DNA of 64,000 bases from an uncultured Spirochaetota bacterium (GTDB taxonomy: Bacteria; Spirochaetota; Spirochaetia; SZUA-6; Fen-1364): the NCBI GenBank assembly GCA_963768665.1, contig CAVYIU010000009.1, positions 434,821 through 498,820 of the forward strand. The letters run 5' to 3'. Under the pieces are notes generated by a model. That model saw nothing but the letters and a program-made list of their open reading frames with translations, did not search any database and was not told where the DNA came from. Below are positions 1 to 11,992 of the stretch, in pieces (position 1 is the stretch's first letter; every line of letters begins with the position of its first letter). The translations under genes and the position numbers were made by a program.

Positions 1-437
1 TGACGGACGTGAACGTGAAGGACTGCGGGAGCTCGAGGAGCATCTTGGAGGACTGCTGGTTGGGATCGAGGGCCGTCGCCGCGAAATCTTTCAGGAAATC
101 AGCCCCCAGCAGGACCTTGAGGTCCTTCGCCAGCTTCTTGCTCTGGACGATCGCCGAGCTGTCCTTCAGGGAAGGCCAGAGGTAGAACACGTCGGGCATC
201 TGGCCCGCGGCGATGTACGCCGTCAGCTTGTCGTGGTACGCGTTGCTGAACAGGATCTCCTGGTTCAGGTTGATGTCAGGGTTGTCCGCCTTGAACTTCT
301 GCCAGATCTGCCACGTCGGTCGAGTACCCTGCCGAGGTGGCGTCCTGGTACCACAGGAAATTGAGAGTCGTCTGCGCGCCGGCACCGACCGCGGTGAGGG
401 CGAGCAACACGAGTGCGAGGAGAAGATATTTCTTCAT
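1..437 (-). CDS. ABC transporter substrate-binding protein (family 1 sugar SBP); 5' portion only, with an apparent 1-nt frameshift near 325-335
   Basis: Minus-strand ORF starts MKKYLLLALVLLALTAVGAGAQ (signal peptide) 6 nt after RBS AAGGAGG. After ...WYQDATSAG the SBP-like translation (TRPTWQIWQKFKADNPDINLNQEILFSNAYHDKLTAYIAAGQMPDVFYLWPS...) continues in a shifted frame to the window edge. Confidence 0.6.
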
Positions 438-463
438 CTTCCCTTCCTCCTTACGAAATCTCT

Positions 464-1648
464 TCAAACCGCCCCAACGGAGCGGACCGAGCCCGAGAGA
501 AAACTAGAAGCCGATGCGGTGCACCTGCGCCTCCCGTGCCACCGGGAAGCTGTCTGACCGCATGAGCCGTCGAAGAGCATGCCCGCGGCGCCGTAGGCCA
601 CCGCCTGGTCGCCGAGACTCGAGAAATGCACCCGGCAGCGCACCTCGTCCGGGTACGGCCAGTTGCGCTGGATCTCTTCGCGAAGGATCGCCGCCACCTT
701 CTCGCGGTAGCGCTCGATGTGCCCCCCCAGGAAGACGTCCGCCATGTTGAAGGTGTTCACCAGGAGCGCGATGTTCTTGGAAAGCTCGCGAAGAAAACAG
801 TCCAGGACGACGGGGTCTTCCTCCACGCGCGCAGATTCCTCCGGACCGAGGGAGAACTGCCCGAGGCTTGCTTCCGTGCGCATGACGCTGCGGAACTCGC
901 CGGCGGAGAAGTCGTGCCCGTAATGCACGCGGCTGTTGACCACCACACCCATGCCGACCGCGGTGCGCTCGTGGATCCTCCGCGGCTCCGACACGCTGCG
1001 GAACTCCACCAGCACAAACAGGAAATCGCGGAGGTGCCGCGAGCGGTGGAAAGCGAGCTCACCCCACGCGCACGCGTTGGCATCGTTTTCGATGAAAAGG
1101 GGGAGGTCGTATCCCTCGGAGACCAGGCGGTGAAAATCCCAGGGCTTCTCGATCTGCAGCGGTATGGAGTAGCGGATGATGCCCTTCTGCGGGTTCACGA
1201 CGCCGGAGAGCCCGACGCCGACACCGAGGAGCGCCGGGCTTCCTGCCATCTCGCCCCGCAGCCGCTCGGAGACGCCGAGGAACACCTCGCGCAGGTTACT
1301 GCCGTTGATCCGCATTTCCCCGGTCCATGCGCCGATGACCTTGCCTTCCAGGTCAACCGCCACGCCGGCGTAGCCCTCGGGGCGAAGCTCGATGCCGAGG
1401 ATGCTCCCCCAGGCAGCGTTCAGCCGCAACAGGACGGGCTTGCGCCCCCCCTGGGGCCCGGCAGCGCCTTCCGTGGCCTCACTGATGATACCGATCCCGA
1501 GAAGCTCGTTGACGATGCTGCTGATGGTGGACTTGTCGAGCTCCAGGTTCTTGGCGATCTGGATCCGGCTGATTTCGCCATGCATCCAGATCTGCCGCAT
1601 TACCTGACTTGTGTTTATGTACCGCGTTCTTTTCAGCTTTGCCATCAA
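464..1648 (-). CDS. ROK family transcriptional regulator (NagC/XylR-like repressor)
   Basis: 394-aa ORF with an N-terminal HTH (LDKSTISSIVNELLGIGIISE) followed by a ROK sugar-kinase-like fold with glycine-rich segments. It sits directly upstream of, and co-oriented with, the SBP gene. Confidence 0.75.
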   Translation of the reverse strand: MMAKLKRTRYINTSQVMRQIWMHGEISRIQIAKNLELDKSTISSIVNELLGIGIISEATEGAAGPQGGRKPVLLRLNAAWGSILGIELRPEGYAGVAVDLEGKVIGAWTGEMRINGSNLREVFLGVSERLRGEMAGSPALLGVGVGLSGVVNPQKGIIRYSIPLQIEKPWDFHRLVSEGYDLPLFIENDANACAWGELAFHRSRHLRDFLFVLVEFRSVSEPRRIHERTAVGMGVVVNSRVHYGHDFSAGEFRSVMRTEASLGQFSLGPEESARVEEDPVVLDCFLRELSKNIALLVNTFNMADVFLGGHIERYREKVAAILREEIQRNWPYPDEVRCRVHFSSLGDQAVAYGAAGMLFDGSCGQTASRWHGRRRCTASASSFLSGSVRSVGAV

Positions 1649-1837
1649 TTATCTTCTGCTGCTTCGTTGGTTTAGAGCCCAACCAACAACCAACGTTGTT
1701 GATGGTTGGATTATAAACCAACTATCTGCCTTGTATCATGCCGGCATTGCGCTGTCAAGCTTTTTGTGATCTTTCGTAAATAATTAATATAAAAAGAATT
1801 ATACGATTTCAGGCCACCGGGCTGCTGTTCCTATTTC
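1649..1837. promoter_or_regulatory. AT-rich intergenic region with inverted repeats; putative promoter/operator for the ROK-SBP operon
   Basis: GC drops sharply here. Imperfect palindromes CCAACAACCAACG/TTGTTGATGGTTGG and GGTTTAGAG...TATAAACC lie immediately upstream of the ROK gene; ROK/NagC operators are palindromic. Confidence 0.4.
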
Positions 1838-2910
1838 TCAGCATCTGCCGTTTGCAGCTGGTTTTTCCGCCTGAGACGGGCCAGGCGGTACCGCAACTCC
1901 TCGCGCGCCCTGCGGTCGAGAGGCAGGTCCCAAGAGAGAACGGTCTCCACCATCTGCAGCGCCCGATCCGGCTCTACGTTTCCTGTGCTCCCAGTACTTC
2001 GCGAGCTCGACCGCAGCGAACATGCTCCGGGAGCGGCCAAGCATCGACTCCCATATGGCGACTGCCTTGTCCCATTCCCTTCGCTTCTTGTGGTGAAGGC
2101 TGAGGGCGAGGCCGGCGTCCGTGTTCCCGCGCGCGAGAGCGCCCGTCAGGATCACCGCGCCGGAATCGGGAACGCGCCGGAGCATCCAGGTGCCGAACGC
2201 CCGCTCGTCGACCGGAGCCGCTGTGAGGTCGCCGCCGAGCACCCTCCCGATCAGCGTGTGCACCCTGGCCAGCGACACGATGTCCAGGACATTGTGGTCG
2301 AAGACAACGGGGAGCGACCCTGGTACGCCGGTGCGGAGGAAGTCCAGCCAGACCAGCGGGATGTCCTCCCCGGCGATGTCCCGTTCCCGGTCGAAACCGA
2401 GGATCTTCGACTCGATGGTCTTCAGGTGGCAGTCGCCGATGAGCGACTTCCAGAGCCGCCGGGCGTGGTGAAGGAGGTCCACCTGGGGACCCGGCTCCCA
2501 CGGGATCCGGTTCATGAGAAACCGCGTCCTCAACAGGTGCGAGTCGAAGGTCTTCCCGTTGAAAGAGACGAAAGCGTTGAAACGGGCGAACAGCTCCTTG
2601 ACGGCGAGGAGGAAGTCGGGCTCCCCCGGGAAATCGGAGAGAAAGAGCTGCTCGACGACGAGGTCCGGCCCCTCGCCCCACGCGGCGCCCACCAGGAAGA
2701 TGACGCTCCCGGCCCCGCCGGACAGCCCGGTGGTCTCCGTGTCGTAGAACACCAGCTGCTCGGCGCCTGACGCCTCCGGAGAGAACGGGTGGGGCCAGGC
2801 TTCGACGCCGCGTCCCTCGAAGCGCTGCCTCCTGCGAAAGAGGTACTCCCCTTCCCTCGTCCAGCCCGGGAACCGTGTGTCGGGGCCGAGGCGCGCGCGA
2901 GGGTCCTCCA

Positions 2911-2911
<1 letters not shown>
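1838..2911 (-). CDS. RNase H-like 3'-5' exonuclease, YprB/MrfB family
   Basis: Motifs VFYDTETTGL ... FNGKTFD ... H typical of the DnaQ/RNase_H_2 fold, followed by a helical C-terminal region. The start ATG overlaps the stop of the upstream helicase (TGATG). Confidence 0.6.
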
Positions 2912-5244
<2,333 letters not shown>

Positions 5245-5379
5245 CCCCCCTCCCCCGGAGGGATAGTACCACGGGCCCGAGGGCCGGGACAATCCAGCGG
5301 CCCGAAGGGCTCGCGGTTCGGCGCGGCTCCGCCCTTGACCCGGCAGAGCGCCGGGAATACAATTTTCCTTGGGGCCCAT

Positions 5380-6660
5380 GTGCAGAAAATAGTGTCAATC
5401 ATCCTGGGGGGCGGGAGGGGGCAGCGCCTCTACCCGCTCACGGCCAAGCGCGCCAAGCCCGCCGTGCCGTTCGGCGGGAAGTTCCGGCTCGTCGATATCC
5501 CGATCTCCAACTGCATCCATGCCGGGCTTCTCGAGATCTACATCCTCACGCAGTTCAACTCGGCCTCGCTGCACAGGCACATCAACCGCACGTACCGTTT
5601 CGACACGTTCAGCAAGGGCTTCGTCGAGGTCCTGGCGGCAGAGCAGACCCTGGAGTCGGACGACTGGTACCAGGGAACGGCGGACGCCGTGCGGAAGAAC
5701 TTCGTGCACTTCGCCGACCAGTCTCCCACGCACTACCTCATCCTTTCCGGCGACCAGCTCTACCGGATGGACCTGATGGACATGTTCCACCGCCACGTGG
5801 AGACGGGATCCGACGTCACGGTTGCCGCCATCCCCGTGTCACGGGCAATGGCGAGCGGCCTGGGCATCCTCAAGGCCGACGCGGGCTACCGCGTCAGGCG
5901 CTTCGTCGAGAAGCCGTCCCCGGAGGAAGACATCACGTCCATGGCCATTCCGCCCGGCATCCGGGCGAAGGAGGAGCTGGACATCGAGGGAGACGCCTAC
6001 CTCGCGTCCATGGGGATCTACATCTTCACCGCGGCGGCCATGGTCAAGGCGGTGGACAACGCCTTTACCGATTTCGGCTCCCAGATCATTCCCGCGTCGC
6101 TGGACGACATGAAGGTCTCCACGTACGTCTTCAATGATTACTGGGAAGACATCGGGACCATCCACAGTTTCTACGACGCCAACATCGGCCTCGCCGCCAT
6201 CAACCCCGACTTCAACCTCTACCTGGAGAACGCCCCGATCTTCACCAATCGCCGCGATCTCCCGCCGTCGAAGATCAACTACAGCACGATATCGACCTCC
6301 CTCGCATCGGAAGGGAGCATCATCACCAACGCGAGCATTTCCAACTCCATCGTGGGCATCCGCACCATCATCGAGAGCGGGGCCAACCTGGACGGCGTGG
6401 TCTGCATGGGCGCCGACTACTACGAGACGCCGGAGGACCGAGAGGCCAACGCGGCCGGCGGCCGGCCGAGCGTCGGCATCGGCCGATCCTGCATCATCAA
6501 GCGCGCCATCATCGACAAGAACGCGCGGATCGGGGAAAACTGCCGCGTGGGCATCGACGCCCTCCCGCGGCCCGACGGGGATTTCGAGACGCATTCCATC
6601 CGTGACGGGATCATCGTCATCCCGAAGGACGCGGTGCTGCCGCCCGGGACGGTGATCTGA
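5380..6660 (+). CDS. glgC: glucose-1-phosphate adenylyltransferase
   Basis: GTG start. IILGGGRGQRLYPLTAKRAKPAVPFGGKFRLVDIPISNC and the remainder of the sequence are colinear with GlgC (426 aa). Confidence 0.85.
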   Translation: MQKIVSIILGGGRGQRLYPLTAKRAKPAVPFGGKFRLVDIPISNCIHAGLLEIYILTQFNSASLHRHINRTYRFDTFSKGFVEVLAAEQTLESDDWYQGTADAVRKNFVHFADQSPTHYLILSGDQLYRMDLMDMFHRHVETGSDVTVAAIPVSRAMASGLGILKADAGYRVRRFVEKPSPEEDITSMAIPPGIRAKEELDIEGDAYLASMGIYIFTAAAMVKAVDNAFTDFGSQIIPASLDDMKVSTYVFNDYWEDIGTIHSFYDANIGLAAINPDFNLYLENAPIFTNRRDLPPSKINYSTISTSLASEGSIITNASISNSIVGIRTIIESGANLDGVVCMGADYYETPEDREANAAGGRPSVGIGRSCIIKRAIIDKNARIGENCRVGIDALPRPDGDFETHSIRDGIIVIPKDAVLPPGTVI

Positions 6661-6681
6661 GCCCTGCGCCGGGCCGCCCCA

Positions 6682-9600
6682 TCAGTTCAGCAGCAGCGAG
6701 AGCCTGTCTTTCAGGAACTCCGATTTCTCCCGCAGGCCGATGGCGCCTGTCTTGAGGAGGAGGAAGTTGGGCATCTTCGGGTCCAGGGAAACCTTCCCCG
6801 CCCCTTCGCGGACCATGCGGACCACGCGGTCCACCGACACCTTGGACAGCCGGGAGAACTCGATCCGCAGCGTGCCCTTCTCCTCCTTTATGGAGGTGAT
6901 GAAGAGCTTGCGGCAGATGATGCGGATCTCCGCCAGCGCGAGCACGCTCTGCACCTCGTCGGGGACCGGCCCGAACCTGTCCTCGATCTCGCGGAAAACC
7001 CGGTCCAGGTCTTCCTCGGTGCTGACCGACGCGACCTTCTTGTAGACCTCCATCTTCTCCATCGCATCCGGGATGTACGCGTCGGGGATGAATCCCGAGT
7101 ACTCCAGGTCCATGTAGACCTCGGGCGCCTCGTCGCGGGCCTCCCGCGAGAGGGCGGCCACCGCCTCGTCCAGCATCTTCAGGTACAGGTCGTATCCCAC
7201 GGACAGGATGTAGCCGTGCTGCTCCCGGCCCAGGATGTTGCCGGCACCGCGGATCTCCAGGTCCTTCAGGGCGATCTTGAATCCGGATCCCAACTCGGTG
7301 TGGTCGGAGATGATGCGCAGTCGTTTCATCGCCATCTCGGAGAGGGCCCGCCTGTCAGGGTAGAAGAGGTAGGCATAGGCGGGGATGCCGGCGCGCCCCA
7401 CCCGGCCCCTGAGCTGGTAGAGCTGGGAGACGCCGAGCATGTCAGCGCGGTCGATGATGATGGTGTTCACGTTGGGGATGTCGAGGCCGTTCTCGATGAT
7501 GGTCGTGGAGAGGAGCATCTGGCGTTCCCCGTGCACGAAGCTGCGCATCACCTCTTCCAGCTCGTCGTCGTCCATCTGGCCGTGGCCGACAGCGATGGAT
7601 ACCTCCGGCACGAGGCCCTGCAGGAAGATGTGGATGGGCTGGATGGTCTCCACGCGGTTGTGGAGGTAATAGACCTGGCCGCCGCGCTCGATCTCCTGGC
7701 GGATGGCGCGCGCCACCATCTCCTCGTTGAACTCCATGACGTGGGTCTCGATGGGGAGCCGGTTCTGCGGCGCCGTGTTGAGGATGGACATGTCGCGGAC
7801 CTTCATGAGCGACATGTTGAGCGTCCGCGGGATGGGCGTGGCGGTGAGGGTCAGGCAGTCCACCGAGCTCTTGATCTGCTTCAGCCGCTCCTTGTGCTTC
7901 ACCCCGAAGCGCTGTTCCTCGTCCACCACGAGGAGGCCCAGGTTCCTGAACTTCACGTCCTTCTGGATGAGTCGGTGCGTGCCGATGGCGATGTCCACGC
8001 CGCCTTCGGCGATCGCCCTGATGGAGGAGTTCACCTCTTTCGCCGAACGGAAGCGCGAGAACATGGCGATCTTGACCGGGAACCGCGCGAAGCGCTCCTT
8101 GAACGTCTCGAAGTGCTGCTCCACGAGGATGGTGGTCGGTGCCAGCAGGGCCACCTGCTTGCCGCTCATGACGGCCTTGAACGCGGCGCGCAGGGCGATC
8201 TCCGTCTTCCCGTATCCCACGTCACCGCAGACCAGCCGGTCCATGGCGACGGGCTTCTCCATGTCGCGCTTCACTTCCTCGATGCAGCGCAGCTGGTCCT
8301 CGGTCTCCTGGTAGGGAAAGGCAGCCTCGAACTCGCTCTGCCAGTCCGTGTCGGGGTTGAAGGCGAAACCCGGCTCCGCCTTGCGCCGGGAATAGAGGTC
8401 GAGCAGGCCCTGCGCCAGCTCCTCCACCGCCTTCTTCGCCTTCTCCTTGCGGTGCTGCCAGCCCTTGCCCCCGAGGCTGTCGAGCCTGGGCCGCTTGCCC
8501 TCCTGCCCGATGTAGCGCTGGATGAGGTTGACCTGCTCGATGGGGATGAACAGCTTCTCCCCGTCGGAGTACTCCAGAGTGATATAGTCCCGCTCGTTGC
8601 CTGCCGCCGAGATCCGCTCGATGCCGAGGAACTCGCCGATGCCGTAGTTCACGTGCACCACGAAGTCCCCCGGGGAGAGCTCCACGAAGCTTTCGATGGC
8701 GGCGCTGCGCGCGGTGCCGACGGAACGCGGGATGCGCCGCTTGCGGCCGAAGATCTCCGCCTCCTGGACGGCGAGGATCTTGTCCCCCGGCAGCGAGAAC
8801 CCGGCGGAGATGCTCTGCGGCAGGATCGTAACGGGGAGATCCTTGAGGATATGGCGCAGGCGCTCGGCCTGCACGTCGTACACGGCGAAGACGAAGACCT
8901 TGTAGCCGTTCTTCAGCGAGGACTCGATCTCTTCCCTGAAGAAGGTGAAGTTGCCGAAGAACGAGCGCGGCCCGTCCGACGGGAGGTGGTAGGTGCCCGG
9001 TTGCGGTGCAGCGGCGCTGTCCGGCAGCGCCGGGAACTCCACGCGGGCCCGCAGGCCGTCGTGCAGGGCCTTGTAGTCCAGGAGGATCTTCTGGGGCCCG
9101 GGGACGACCAGGCCCTTGCCCCGCGCCCGGCGGAAAAGCTCGAGGTATTCCTTGCGCAGGGCCGCGGCGCCGGCATCGAGACGGTCGCCGTCGACGAGAA
9201 ACACCAGCGGCTCGGCCCCCAGGTAGTCCAGCAGGGAGTACGGCGCGGGAAAGCACAGGGGGTAGAAGAGCTCGACGCCGCCGGCCTCGGGGTCGCTCTC
9301 CATGGCCGAAACCCGGGCCGCGGCCTCGGCCGGGGAGAATCCCTGCGCCTCCAGGCCGGCGCGCACCGCCGAGAGCAGGGACGCATCCATCACTACTTCG
9401 CGGCACGGCGTGATGGCGGCGGTGTCCACGCTGCCGGTGGAGCCCTGGTTCAGGGGGTCGAAAGTGCGTATCGCGGTGACATCGTCGAAATCGAGGGTGA
9501 TCCGGAAAGCCTGCTCCATGCCCGGGCAGTACACGTCGATGACCTCACCGCGCACGGCGAACTCCCCGTGGACGGACACCGAGGGCACCCTGAGGTAGCC

Positions 9601-10092
9601 CGCACGGGCCAGGCGGTCCGCCGCCGCCTGCGGGTCCAGCTTCTGCTTCCTGGTCACCGTGAAGATGCTGCCCGCCACGTGCGCCGGGGCGGGCACGGGC
9701 GTCAGGAGGGCGCGCAGCGGCGCCACCACCATGAGCGGCTCGCCGGCGAGAAGGCGCGTGAGGATCCTGACGCGGTCGCCGAAGATCGACGCGAGGGGGC
9801 TCGCCGCCTCGTAGGGCGCCGCGCCCCACCACGGGAACAGGACGGTCCCCTCGGATCCCAGCGACTCGATATCCTGGACGATGCTCTCCGCCTCCCGTTC
9901 CGTGGGAGTGATGACGATGGAAGAACGCCCGCCCTTGCGGCGCAGGAGGTCCAGCACGAGCGAGAGGTAGGCACCCTTCGGTCCCGTGACGCGCAGGGTC
10001 GCGCCGCCTTTCGCCACGGCCGCGGAAAGCGCCAGGGCCTGCCGCGAGCCGGCGAAATGCCGCTCCACCTGTTTTCCAAACAAGTTTGTCAC
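6682..10092 (-). CDS. mfd: transcription-repair coupling factor
   Basis: Intact 1136-aa ORF with a UvrB-homology N-terminus, an RNAP-interaction domain, DEAD-like translocase motifs (LVCGDVGYGKTE, DEEQRFG) and a TRCF C-terminus. Confidence 0.9.
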   Translation of the reverse strand: MTNLFGKQVERHFAGSRQALALSAAVAKGGATLRVTGPKGAYLSLVLDLLRRKGGRSSIVITPTEREAESIVQDIESLGSEGTVLFPWWGAAPYEAASPLASIFGDRVRILTRLLAGEPLMVVAPLRALLTPVPAPAHVAGSIFTVTRKQKLDPQAAADRLARAGYLRVPSVSVHGEFAVRGEVIDVYCPGMEQAFRITLDFDDVTAIRTFDPLNQGSTGSVDTAAITPCREVVMDASLLSAVRAGLEAQGFSPAEAAARVSAMESDPEAGGVELFYPLCFPAPYSLLDYLGAEPLVFLVDGDRLDAGAAALRKEYLELFRRARGKGLVVPGPQKILLDYKALHDGLRARVEFPALPDSAAAPQPGTYHLPSDGPRSFFGNFTFFREEIESSLKNGYKVFVFAVYDVQAERLRHILKDLPVTILPQSISAGFSLPGDKILAVQEAEIFGRKRRIPRSVGTARSAAIESFVELSPGDFVVHVNYGIGEFLGIERISAAGNERDYITLEYSDGEKLFIPIEQVNLIQRYIGQEGKRPRLDSLGGKGWQHRKEKAKKAVEELAQGLLDLYSRRKAEPGFAFNPDTDWQSEFEAAFPYQETEDQLRCIEEVKRDMEKPVAMDRLVCGDVGYGKTEIALRAAFKAVMSGKQVALLAPTTILVEQHFETFKERFARFPVKIAMFSRFRSAKEVNSSIRAIAEGGVDIAIGTHRLIQKDVKFRNLGLLVVDEEQRFGVKHKERLKQIKSSVDCLTLTATPIPRTLNMSLMKVRDMSILNTAPQNRLPIETHVMEFNEEMVARAIRQEIERGGQVYYLHNRVETIQPIHIFLQGLVPEVSIAVGHGQMDDDELEEVMRSFVHGERQMLLSTTIIENGLDIPNVNTIIIDRADMLGVSQLYQLRGRVGRAGIPAYAYLFYPDRRALSEMAMKRLRIISDHTELGSGFKIALKDLEIRGAGNILGREQHGYILSVGYDLYLKMLDEAVAALSREARDEAPEVYMDLEYSGFIPDAYIPDAMEKMEVYKKVASVSTEEDLDRVFREIEDRFGPVPDEVQSVLALAEIRIICRKLFITSIKEEKGTLRIEFSRLSKVSVDRVVRMVREGAGKVSLDPKMPNFLLLKTGAIGLREKSEFLKDRLSLLLN

Positions 10093-10122
10093 GGATTCTT
10101 CCGATGCAATGGAGGGGGAGCC

Positions 10123-11129
10123 ATGTCCGTGAGAAAGACCCTTTTCATCGTCCTTACGCTCTTCGCCGCGTCACGCCCGTTCGGGGCGATCGCCCAGGAC
10201 GCGTCCCTGGTCAGCTCGGCCCCTGCCGCGGCGACCGCGCAGGCGGCGGCCGCCCCGGCGGGGGCTTTCTCGATCCGCTTCTTCGACCAGAAGGTGTACT
10301 TCCTCGGCGACCCGATACAGGTGGAAGCGGTCATTGCCAATACCGGCACCGACACCCTGCGCTTCAAGGTGGCGGACAACCGCTTCTTCAACCTGGACTT
10401 CGACGTGCGCACGACGACGAACGTCGGTCTCGACCACGCCCGGGAGTTTATCACAGGCCGCAACTCGGATCAACCGGTGTTTTTCCGCGAGGTCGACCTG
10501 GAGCCGGGGGAGAAGTACAGCATCGTGGTGGATGTCGAGCAGTACGCCGCTCTTGCCACGGCGGGCCAGTACGTGCTGCAGGGCTCGTTCTACCCCGAGC
10601 TCTTCCGCGGGCCGGACTCGATCGCCATGAAGTCCAACAGGCTCACGCTCAACGTGAAGCCGGCCCTCGCGACCGCGGAGGAGCGGGCCATCGTGGAGGC
10701 CGAGACCGGCGCCCTGCTCGCGCGCCAACCCCTGCCGCCGGATGAAGTGGTGAGCGCCACTATCGAGGCGCGCCAGAAGAGCCAGTGGGAGAAGTTCTTC
10801 CTCTACCTCGACCTGGAAGCCCTTATGCGGAAGAGCCCCGAGAGAGACAGGGCGTTCCGCAACTCCACCGAGGCCGCCCGCGCCAGATGGTGGACGCGTT
10901 CCGCCAGCAGCTTCGCCAGTCCAACCTCGAGCAGGACATCAGCGTGATCCCCACGTCCTACGAGGTGCAGAAGACCACCTACGACGCGTCCGACGCGACG
11001 GTCCAGGTGCTGGAGAAGTTCAAGTATCCCGGCTACACGGAGCTCAAGGGATACACCTACCACTTGAAGAAGAGCGACCGGTTCTGGATAATCGACGACT
11101 ACGAGATCAGGAATCAGGGCACCGAGTAG
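10123..11129 (+). CDS. hypothetical secreted protein (signal peptide); frameshift near 10870-10890
   Basis: RBS GGAGG then ATG. MSVRKTLFIVLTLFAASRPFGAIAQD is a signal peptide. Coding continues in a second frame (ORF 10785..11129) after ...RAFRNSTEAA. Confidence 0.45.
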
Positions 11130-11142
11130 GGGCACCGCGTAG

Positions 11143-11883
11143 ATGAAGATGCTTCTCGTGGCGGCCGGTGGCGAGTTCGCCGCCTCGCTCGCCTACCATC
11201 TCAAGCCGCTGGGGTTCACCCTCGAGCATTTCAGCGATCCCGTCCGGGTGGTGGACCTGCTCGACGAACTCGACCCGCAGGCCATGCTCATCCATGCCGG
11301 GGATTTTCCCCGCCAGTGGAAGCCCCTGCTGAAGCTGGCCCGGGAGAAAAAGCCCCGCGAGGAGCTCATCTTCCTCCTCGTGGTCCCCGAGGATTTCCCC
11401 GTCGAGGATGCGGCGAAGGCCGCGCATCTCGGGGTGAACGGCATCCTCGGCGAAAACCTCACGGAGAAGAACGAGCTCTACCGGCTGGAGGAGATCGTGC
11501 GGCGCTACCGCTCGGTGAGCGACAAGCGCAACTTCACCCGCCTCGTCCCCCCACCGGAGGACGAGATAGGCTTTGCCTTCACGCATCCGCGCCGCCTCGC
11601 CCTCGTCACGGGCACGGTGCGCGAGATATCCATCCAGGGATCGAGCTTCCTCGCGGCGCGGCCGTCAGCGGTTGCCGATCTCGCCGTGGGGAGCGAGATC
11701 CGCAACTGCTCGCTGAAAGTGGACACCCGCATCATCTCTGTCACCTGCAGGGTGACACGCAACCGGGAGGAGCTGGGCTTCCAGTTCCTTTCCTTCGAAG
11801 AGGGCGGGCACCAGGCTCTCCTGGCCTACATCCAGGCCCGCTCGGAGCGGGCGCTGAAGACCGCGGCGACCCGCGGCGACTAG
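11143..11883 (+). CDS. CheY-like receiver-like domain protein with C-terminal PilZ-like domain (putative c-di-GMP effector)
   Basis: N-terminus MKMLLVAAGG...MLIHAGDFP has a receiver-like fold. The C-terminus has the PilZ-like motif EISIQGSSF. Motif matches are imperfect. Confidence 0.4.
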   Translation: MKMLLVAAGGEFAASLAYHLKPLGFTLEHFSDPVRVVDLLDELDPQAMLIHAGDFPRQWKPLLKLAREKKPREELIFLLVVPEDFPVEDAAKAAHLGVNGILGENLTEKNELYRLEEIVRRYRSVSDKRNFTRLVPPPEDEIGFAFTHPRRLALVTGTVREISIQGSSFLAARPSAVADLAVGSEIRNCSLKVDTRIISVTCRVTRNREELGFQFLSFEEGGHQALLAYIQARSERALKTAATRGD

Positions 11884-11992
11884 GGCCTCGCTCTCGGACT
11901 TCCCTGTCCTCGGGCTCCCGCGAATCCGCTCCGCGGATCGCTGCCACCCCGGGCCCGGCCTCGCCCTCCCGCCGCGCTACCGCGCGGCTGGG

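Noticed and set aside
626-1675. 349-aa plus-strand ORF
   Set aside because: Antisense to the ROK regulator gene.
7216-10947. 1243-aa plus-strand ORF
   Set aside because: Antisense to mfd. Its translation is low-complexity and Arg/Gly/Asp-rich. Long spurious ORFs are expected antisense to genes at about 68% GC. Only its last ~280 codons (from 10123) coincide with a real secreted-protein gene.
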